Shown piece after piece: positions 48,196-55,300 of a DNA stretch of 55,300 nt. Each line of letters begins with the position of its first letter. Positions within the stretch are counted from its first letter, which is position 1. The notes under the pieces were generated by a model. That model was given only the letters and a program-made list of their open reading frames with translations. It was not told where the DNA came from and made no database searches. The stretch comes from Bacteroidales bacterium. GTDB taxonomy: Bacteria; Bacteroidota; Bacteroidia; Bacteroidales; UBA1556. The position numbers were made by a program, and so were the translations under genes. The stretch covers positions 1-55,300 of the forward strand of contig WGCS01000060.1 in NCBI GenBank assembly GCA_015493685.1. The letters are read 5' to 3'.

Positions 48196-49620
48196 ATGTA
48201 CGAAGACAATCTTTCCAGACTTTTTAAATCATGGGCAGGAGAAAAAGCCGATAAGATCACCCCATTAGCCCTTTCGGGTTCCAATAGGAAATACTATCGC
48301 CTTCAGTCCGCCAACAAAACGGCTTTGGGAGTATATAATAATGACACCAAGGAAAATCTTGCTTTTGTTGAATTTTCAAAGCATTTTTTGGCAAGAGGCC
48401 TTCATGTACCTAAAATATATGCAGAAGAGGTTACCCAAGATATATACCTCTTGGAAGATTTGGGAAACACCACTCTCTTTTCTTTTTTAAGTCAAGAAAA
48501 AGAAAAGGCCCCCTTTAGCAAGGAACTGAAAGAGTACTACTTTAAAGTACTAAAGGAACTTCCAAAATTTCAAATTAAAGCCGGCAAGGGATTAAATTAC
48601 AATCTATGCTATCCCAGAGCTCGCTTTGATAAACAATCAATGATGTGGGACCTTAATTATTTTAAGTACTATTTTCTTAAATTGGCCCGAATATCTTTCG
48701 ACGAGCAAGCATTAGAGGATGATTATCAGTTGTTTACAGACTATCTTCTTGAAGCGGAACAAGATTATTTTCTTTATCGTGATTTTCAATCAAGAAATAT
48801 TATGATTAAAGATAATGAAGTATATTTTATCGATTACCAAGGAGGAAGAAAAGGGGCACTGCAATACGATATTGCTTCTTTACTGTATGATGCTAAAGCA
48901 GAAATTCCTCAGCAAGAAAGAGAAGAGCTCTTGGATTATTATATCCTCGAACTCAAAAACTATATTGAAGTGGATGAATATCAATTCCGAAAACAATTCA
49001 ATGCTTATGTACTCATTAGAATAATGCAAGCTATGGGAGCGTATGGATTTCGAGGGTTCTACGAAAAGAAAGCCCATTTTCTTGCCAGTATTCCTCCTGC
49101 TTTAAAGAATATGGAATACGTATTACAGAATCTAAATCTTCCCATTGAACTTCCCACGCTAATACCTGTTTTACAACAACTGCTTAAATCAGAAAAGCTT
49201 AAAGAAATAGGAATAAATAGAAGCAAATTAGTTGTATCGGTAAATAGTTTCTCTTTTAAAAGAGGTATTCCTATTGACGAAAGCGGACATGGAGGAGGCT
49301 TTGTTTTCGACTGCCGCGCTCTTCATAACCCAGGCCGTTACGATGAATATAAATCGCTGACAGGAAAAGATTTAAAGGTAATTGAATTTTTAAATAAAGA
49401 GAGTGACGTTCAGAATTTCATAAAACACACCATTGCTTTAGTTGAACAATCAGTGGAGAAATATCTTGAACGTAATTTTGACCACCTTAGCATCAATTTT
49501 GGCTGTACCGGCGGACAACATCGCTCGGTATATATGGCTGAATATATTACTAAGCATCTAAAAAATAACTACAATATCCAAGTTAAATTACGTCACCGCG
49601 AGCAAGAAATGAAACACTAA
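48196..49620 (+). CDS. APH/AmgK-like phosphotransferase fused to a RapZ C-terminal-like domain
   Basis: GSNRKYYR, EDLG, YRDFQSRN, IDYQG, YDIASLL, then SFSFKRGIP, FDCR...NPG, GCTGGQHRSV. Confidence 0.85.
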   Translation: MYEDNLSRLFKSWAGEKADKITPLALSGSNRKYYRLQSANKTALGVYNNDTKENLAFVEFSKHFLARGLHVPKIYAEEVTQDIYLLEDLGNTTLFSFLSQEKEKAPFSKELKEYYFKVLKELPKFQIKAGKGLNYNLCYPRARFDKQSMMWDLNYFKYYFLKLARISFDEQALEDDYQLFTDYLLEAEQDYFLYRDFQSRNIMIKDNEVYFIDYQGGRKGALQYDIASLLYDAKAEIPQQEREELLDYYILELKNYIEVDEYQFRKQFNAYVLIRIMQAMGAYGFRGFYEKKAHFLASIPPALKNMEYVLQNLNLPIELPTLIPVLQQLLKSEKLKEIGINRSKLVVSVNSFSFKRGIPIDESGHGGGFVFDCRALHNPGRYDEYKSLTGKDLKVIEFLNKESDVQNFIKHTIALVEQSVEKYLERNFDHLSINFGCTGGQHRSVYMAEYITKHLKNNYNIQVKLRHREQEMKH

Positions 49621-49658
49621 GCTATTTAACGGATTTATGGCAAGGCCCAATAAGCTAT

Positions 49659-49691
49659 AAAAAAAAAGCCCCGGAATCCCGAGGCTTTTTT
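49659..49691. terminator. Bidirectional intrinsic terminator
   Basis: A-run, GCCCCGG..CCGAGGC, T-run, lying between convergent genes. Confidence 0.8.
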
Positions 49692-49734
49692 GTTGTGTAG
49701 AAATTAATAACATAATTTCATTATCGTAGGCTAA

Positions 49735-51810
49735 TTATTCAGCACTTTCAGTAGCTTTATCATTACTTTTTGCTTCCTCTTTTGCTTCTTCTTTAGCTTC
49801 CTCTTTAGCTTCAATTTTCTTCAAAAGTTCTTTAGCTTTGGCTTTTTCAGATTCTTGCATTTCAGCTTTCAGATTTCCTAATACACCCAAATCGCCTAAT
49901 GTTGTTTTCTCAACGTTTTTATTAACGTTTTTCATAGCAGCATTAGTTGCTTTGTTATGGGCATTTCTTGAAGCTTTGGCTTTGGCTTTTTCACCGGCTT
50001 GATGAGCTTGGAAAATACGGCTGTGAGATAAAATAATTTTCTTATTCTCTTTGGAGAATTCGATAACCATAAAATCAAGCGTTTCATCTACTTTAGGCAG
50101 CGTGCCGTCTTCTTTGCTAAGGTGGCGTTTTGGTGCAAAACCTTCAACTCCATAAGGAAGGGCTACAATAGCTCCTTTATCATTGATAGAAGTGATTGTT
50201 CCTTTATGGATGCTATCTACTGTAAATACAGTTTCAAATACTTCCCAAGGATTCTCTTCCAATTGTTTATGACCTAAACTTAAACGACGGTTGTTAACAT
50301 CAACATCAAGTACTACAACATCCATTTTTTCTCCAATTTTGGTGAATTCAGCAGGATGCTTAATTTTCTTAGACCAGCTAAGGTCAGAGATATGTACTAA
50401 ACCATCAACACCTTCTTCCAATTCAACAAAGATACCAAAGTTGGTAAAGTTGCGAACGGTAGCACTGTGTTTAGAGCTTTTAGGATATTTTTCGTCAATA
50501 TTCTCCCATGGATCAGGAATAAGTTGCTTAATACCCAATGACATTTTGCGATCTTCGCGGTCGAGGGTAAGAATTACAGCTTCTACAACATCACCTACTT
50601 TAAGGAAATCCTGAGCTGTACGCAAGTGTTGTGACCATGACATTTCACTAACGTGAATAAGGCCTTCAACGCCTGGTGCAATTTCGATAAATGCACCATA
50701 ATCGGCAATAACAACAACTTTTCCTTTAATGTGATCACCAATCTTAATATTCTCATCAAGAGAATCCCAAGGATGAGGTGTTAATTGTTTCAATCCAAGA
50801 GCAATACGTTTTTTGTTCTCATCAAAATCAAGAATAACAACATTGATTTTTTGATCCAACTCAACCACTTCGTCAGGATGATTAATACGACCCCATGAAA
50901 GGTCAGTGATATGGATAAGACCATCAACACCACCCAAGTCGATAAATACACCATAAGAGGTGATATTCTTAACAGTACCTTCAAGTACTTGTCCTTTTTC
51001 GAGTTTACCCATGATTTCAGCTCTTTGTTTTTCAAGCTCATCTTGGATAAGGGCTTTGTGTGATACCACTACGTTTTTGAATTCATTATTGATTTTAACT
51101 ACTTTGAATTCCATGGTGTTACCAACATAAATATCATAATCGCGGATAGGTTTCACATCAATTTGAGAACCGGGTAAGAAAGCTTCAATACCAAATACAT
51201 CAACGATTAAACCACCTTTAGTACGACATTTTACAAAACCATTAATGATTTCGTCTTTATCTAAGGCTTCGTTAACACGATCCCATGATTTAAGGATACG
51301 GGCTTTCTTATGAGATAAAATTAATTGACCGTTAGCATCTTCTTGACTTTCGATATAAACGTCGATTACATCACCAACTTTTACATCTTCCATATAACGC
51401 AATTCGTTCACTGATAATACTCCATCAGATTTGAAACCAATATTCACCACAACCTCACGAGAGTTTTTGGCCATAATAGTTCCTTCAACAACTTGTTGTT
51501 CGGTTACTTGAGTTAAAGTTTTATCGTAGATGTCAGCATATTTATCATGATCTGCTGAAACAATTTTTACTTTATTATCGATGTTGTCCCAATCCATTTC
51601 AGGTGGTTCTTCATTGAAATCAGTAATGTCTTTGGGAACTTCTTCTTTTGCTTCTTCAGCAACAGGAGCAGTCTCAACTACTTCTTCCGCCTTTGGAGCT
51701 TCTTCTACTTTTTCTTCTGTTTTTGGAGTTTCTTCTACTTTTGGAGTTTCAACCTCAGCTTTGGGAGCTTCTTCGGTTACTTCTTCTTTTTTGACATTTT
51801 CGTCTGCCAT
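49735..51810 (-). CDS. rpsA: 30S ribosomal protein S1 with acidic N-terminal and K/E-rich C-terminal extensions
   Basis: Six S1 repeats (AFLPGSQID, YGVFIDLGGVDGLIHITDLSW, GLIHVSEMSW, GLVHISDLSW). Confidence 0.97.
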   Translation of the reverse strand: MADENVKKEEVTEEAPKAEVETPKVEETPKTEEKVEEAPKAEEVVETAPVAEEAKEEVPKDITDFNEEPPEMDWDNIDNKVKIVSADHDKYADIYDKTLTQVTEQQVVEGTIMAKNSREVVVNIGFKSDGVLSVNELRYMEDVKVGDVIDVYIESQEDANGQLILSHKKARILKSWDRVNEALDKDEIINGFVKCRTKGGLIVDVFGIEAFLPGSQIDVKPIRDYDIYVGNTMEFKVVKINNEFKNVVVSHKALIQDELEKQRAEIMGKLEKGQVLEGTVKNITSYGVFIDLGGVDGLIHITDLSWGRINHPDEVVELDQKINVVILDFDENKKRIALGLKQLTPHPWDSLDENIKIGDHIKGKVVVIADYGAFIEIAPGVEGLIHVSEMSWSQHLRTAQDFLKVGDVVEAVILTLDREDRKMSLGIKQLIPDPWENIDEKYPKSSKHSATVRNFTNFGIFVELEEGVDGLVHISDLSWSKKIKHPAEFTKIGEKMDVVVLDVDVNNRRLSLGHKQLEENPWEVFETVFTVDSIHKGTITSINDKGAIVALPYGVEGFAPKRHLSKEDGTLPKVDETLDFMVIEFSKENKKIILSHSRIFQAHQAGEKAKAKASRNAHNKATNAAMKNVNKNVEKTTLGDLGVLGNLKAEMQESEKAKAKELLKKIEAKEEAKEEAKEEAKSNDKATESAE

Positions 51811-51892
51811 AATCTAATTAATGTGACTGCCTGAAATACAGTCTGGTTAAACAATAGGGTTAATTATCTATCCCTTAAAAATTAAGGGGCTG

Positions 51893-51900
51893 CAAAAGTA
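51893..51900 (-). promoter_or_regulatory. -7 promoter element (TACTTTTG) for rpsA
   Basis: TAnnTTTG match 82 nt upstream of rpsA. Confidence 0.65.
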
Positions 51901-51970
51901 ATTATTTTATTTTAATTATTTACAGAAATTTAATTGTTGGGGAGTGGGTAGATTCAACAATGATTATTTC

Positions 51971-52195
51971 TTATTTTAATACGTCAATCGCTAAATCATT
52001 TACACCATCATTATTAATATCTCCAATTGTGTCAATGCTACAACCAAAATAATCACCAGCTTGTATTACATTTAAAGGAATGTTTTCTTGTAAAGCACTT
52101 ATTTTCTGAATTTGCATAATTGTTCCAGCACTTTGACCATATATCATAGCTGGAAACAGCATTACGATTAATAAATAAATCTTTTTCATATTCAT
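51971..52195 (-). pseudogene. C-terminally truncated FG-GAP-repeat protein
   Basis: Signal peptide plus one FG-GAP unit (GDYFGCSIDTIGDINNDGVNDLAI), then an immediate stop. Confidence 0.7.
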
Positions 52196-52200
52196 TTCCC

Positions 52201-53094
52201 CTAATCCACAACAATTTTAAAAGTTTTTTCACCACTATCAGCCACAATCTTAATATAATACAAGCCCTTAGGCAGAGTACTAAGATTAACAAAAGCATTA
52301 GCTTGGTTATTAGGAATTGCTTTAGATATTATCTTCTGACCACTAGTGTTATACACCTCAAGAACCCTAAGCTTCAATTCATCCTTTGCCCACTTAAGGA
52401 ATAATTTACCTTTAGTAGGATTAGGAAAAATCCTAATATTGCCCAAAGCCAAATCAGCATGATTAATCCCCGTGGTAATACTAATAACCACAGTATCCGC
52501 ATTAACACAAGCAAACTGATTCTCCACACTCACAGAATACGTATAATTACCCGGGCTTAAAGAAGCTGCCCTCACAGTAAGGGAAGATGCGTTGCTTCCA
52601 TTATTCCAGGAATACGAATTGAAATTACCGGGATATAACACCACGCTATCATTATCAAAAATGCTAGTGTCCGGTCCAAGATTAGGTAGTGGTAAAGGAT
52701 TCACAATCGCCAAAACAGAATCCCAGCTTACGCAATTATTTGTATCAATGGCTCTAGCTTGTATATATTGGGTTATATGCAACACATAATCAAATCGTTT
52801 TCCTGACTGATTATACCTCCATAAAATGCTATCCGGACCATTTGCTCTCAGATGAATGCTGTCACCAAAACAAAGCACTGTATCCCCAACAATATTAACC
52901 TGCACTGGTATTGGTATCAAAACCGCTACACTATCAACGCTGGAACAAGAGCTCGCAATATCTGTTTTGGTAAGCTTGTATACAGTAGAGGCCCAAGGAG
53001 TAGCCGTTGGATTGCTAATAAACGGATTGCTTAATCCCGCATAAGGAGACCAAAGTAAGTTATATCCGGTTTTGTAAAGCTTGCCAATAAGCAT
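52201..53094 (-). pseudogene. N-terminally truncated T9SS cargo (Ig/PKD-like repeats plus type-A CTD)
   Basis: No signal peptide. WSP..GLS......P.A.P, LGPDT, YSWNNG repeats, IFPNPTKG...GLYYIKI. Degenerate coding-like sequence continues upstream. Confidence 0.6.
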
Positions 53095-53189
53095 ACTCAG
53101 ACAACCATAATGGAGCAGAGTATCAGCTCTTGCTAGGCAGAAGGGACATCATTTATAATGAGACTCGGTAAATATTAATTTTACAGGAA

Positions 53190-55115
53190 TTACCTATAAA
53201 GCGTAACGCTTCCTGAACGTTCTGCTTCTATAGCACCCTTATTAGGCTGTCGATATGTGATTAGATAGAAATAGACCCCTTGAGGCACTTCGTTACCCAA
53301 ATATTTGCCGTCCCATTTATCAGGTTGATTAAATGTTTCATAAAGAAGTTTTCCCCAACGATTGAATATAACCAAGTGGTACTCATCAAACATACAATTA
53401 ATTATAGGATAGAAAAAGTCATTTAGACCATCATTATTGGGTGTAAATACGTTTGGGACCGCCATCATACAGGAGCAATCAACTAATTTAACACCAAAAT
53501 TCTCAGTATATTTTTTACAGATATCGTCTATTTGAACCCAATAACTTCCTGAATCGCTAATGATTACTTGTGAACTAGTACTTCCAGTGGACCATAAATA
53601 CGAATTTGATGAAGGTAGATTAATTACCCAAGTCTCACCATTGCAAAATGACGTATCGTTAATACTTATATATTCATTGCTAAGCTTAGTTACTTCAATT
53701 GAATCACTATTTGTACATATACTATCGCTTACTTCAACCCAAAAAGTACCCGCGGTATTTACAAAAATACTAGAGTTAGTAGAGCCCGTATTCCAGACTA
53801 TAGAATAGTAGTTGTTAGGAATAGATAGTAAAATACTATCTCCATCGCAATAAGCTGTATCATTACCAAGACTAACGGTGGGAATAGGTAGAGCTGTTAA
53901 ATTAGTGTTTAAAATACTGTCACAGCCACTAATATCAATTAAAGTATCAACAATTATGTTTGGGGCTGTATAATAATTTCCTCTAATATTTAACGAATCT
54001 CCTTTACATACTTCCAATGTGTCGTAATAATGATGTCCACTATAATTTGGACTTAGACTAATAATCGTATCCAATACAATTTGACAAGCCGAATTAACAT
54101 TTGTAGCCTTAATGTAAAAGTTCGTGGGGATTGTTACTAATCCTGTACTGAAAAACAGACTTGTACATCCTCCTATTTGGGCAGAACCAATAATTTGTTG
54201 GTTTGTGGAATCGTAAAGATAATATGAGACATCTTTTTGAGAATTGATTATTTCGATTACTGCTGAATCGCCTGCGCAGTTTCCAATATATTTATCTATA
54301 TCAACATCCAAAGGTTTGTACTTTTCATATAGTTTTAGCATTTCGGCATCGGTGAGCACCCTATTATAAATCCGAAACTCATCAATAGTACCATTAAATG
54401 TATAGTTCCACGGTAATATATTACTAGCAGCTCCAATATATGATTTATTATTATTTGTAAAGCTAAATGCTGCTGATGTATTATAATTTAGATAATGTGT
54501 CATTGAATATTGTTGACAATCAACATAGGTTTTTATTATTCTACTATCGGTACTATTACCTTGTACACTTATAGCAATAAAATGCCAACTACCAGAGGTG
54601 TAAAGATAGTTGGGGACGTAGTATCGGTCTCCAGCTGAATATCCAGTACAGTTTTGATGTGTATTAATAACATAACGTATCCGATTTGGTCCTCCAGATG
54701 CTGCTGTATAATAGTTAATTCTAAACTCACCTTGTGAATAGCCACGATATGTTGTAGGGCATTGGTCTCGGGTTGCAAATATTGCAAGGTTTTGTGTTAA
54801 GTTATCAACGTATACCCATGATGCAATTGTGAAATTTGAGACAAGGGGTACATAAGGTGTGATTTTTATATAGTCATTGATTCCGTCAAAGTGCATGCCT
54901 TGCCCGAATATTCCAGGCCCATAGGTTGCCCCTGAAACGGTTGCTGTATATGAACCTGTACCTTGATTTGTGGTGTTACCATCAAACGAATAGTAAATAA
55001 TTTGACCGTTAGTCGGTGCACTTGATGTTTGATTCAAATCATTAGGGCACTGGCCAAAACTAAGTACCGGAGCAATGATAGATAGTAGAATGAAAATAAA
55101 ATCAAAAAATTTCAT
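53190..55115 (-). CDS. LamG-like jellyroll protein with Ig-like repeats and gliding-motility/T9SS type-B CTD
   Basis: Signal peptide, YYSFDGN, FDGINDYI, WHFIAI, FNGTIDEFRIYNRVLT, PNVFTPNNDGLND...IFNRWG...WDG...GSVTLYR. Confidence 0.88.
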   Translation of the reverse strand: MKFFDFIFILLSIIAPVLSFGQCPNDLNQTSSAPTNGQIIYYSFDGNTTNQGTGSYTATVSGATYGPGIFGQGMHFDGINDYIKITPYVPLVSNFTIASWVYVDNLTQNLAIFATRDQCPTTYRGYSQGEFRINYYTAASGGPNRIRYVINTHQNCTGYSAGDRYYVPNYLYTSGSWHFIAISVQGNSTDSRIIKTYVDCQQYSMTHYLNYNTSAAFSFTNNNKSYIGAASNILPWNYTFNGTIDEFRIYNRVLTDAEMLKLYEKYKPLDVDIDKYIGNCAGDSAVIEIINSQKDVSYYLYDSTNQQIIGSAQIGGCTSLFFSTGLVTIPTNFYIKATNVNSACQIVLDTIISLSPNYSGHHYYDTLEVCKGDSLNIRGNYYTAPNIIVDTLIDISGCDSILNTNLTALPIPTVSLGNDTAYCDGDSILLSIPNNYYSIVWNTGSTNSSIFVNTAGTFWVEVSDSICTNSDSIEVTKLSNEYISINDTSFCNGETWVINLPSSNSYLWSTGSTSSQVIISDSGSYWVQIDDICKKYTENFGVKLVDCSCMMAVPNVFTPNNDGLNDFFYPIINCMFDEYHLVIFNRWGKLLYETFNQPDKWDGKYLGNEVPQGVYFYLITYRQPNKGAIEAERSGSVTLYR

Positions 55116-55134
55116 GTATGGATGTTTTGTATGG

Positions 55135-55142
55135 CAAAAGTA
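55135..55142 (-). promoter_or_regulatory. -7 promoter element (TACTTTTG)
   Basis: TAnnTTTG match 19 nt upstream of the ATG at 55115. Confidence 0.55.
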
Positions 55143-55300
55143 AGAATATATGAATTACGGATTATATTTATTTGATACATTTGCAACTTATTTAAATGTG
55201 ATACTTTTTGCAAAATTTATATTGATGAAGTTTACCTCGTTTGATTTTATACTATTTTTTTTAGTTGTTTTTTTTCTGTATTGGTTTATTTTTAATAACA

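Noticed and set aside
51640-51800. Short DNA repeats (TTTTGGAGTTTC etc.) as a CRISPR or tandem repeat element
   Set aside because: They encode the EETPK/EEAPK low-complexity N-terminus of S1; no spacers or cas genes
52053-52298. 81-aa ORF bridging two fragments as a programmed frameshift
   Set aside because: The upstream ORF already ends in a complete CTD and the downstream one starts with its own signal peptide
5952-54787. Remaining 60-135 aa ORFs nested in or antisense to long genes
   Set aside because: Shadow frames of well-supported CDSs with no recognisable motifs

Overview
AT-rich chromosomal window from a Bacteroidota genome, probably Bacteroidales-like. The assignment rests on sprA, T9SS C-terminal sorting domains, TAnnTTTG -7 promoters and the lack of Shine-Dalgarno sites. 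Most of the window is housekeeping (lpxH, leuS, tdk, rplY-pth, ruvA-sprA, xth, rsmA, rpmB, cinA, pyk, rpsA), plus T9SS-secreted proteases, a sigma54 regulatory pair, an MbnP/MbnH-like pair and a decaying T9SS-cargo region at the right end. The most notable item is a minus-strand cluster at 10107-17778. It encodes a stand-alone PqqD/RRE protein, an ATP-grasp ligase, a fold-III PLP decarboxylase, a urea-transporter/M23-peptidase fusion, a TPR+beta-barrel protein, a TPR protein and a lipoprotein. I see no convincing free precursor peptide, but the decarboxylase carries an N-terminal extension with a lasso-leader-like YxxP motif (KYERPIIKRL), so the RRE may bind the enzyme itself. No tRNA, rRNA, CRISPR array or intact mobile element was recognised. 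All family calls come from reading motifs by eye; no searches were run.
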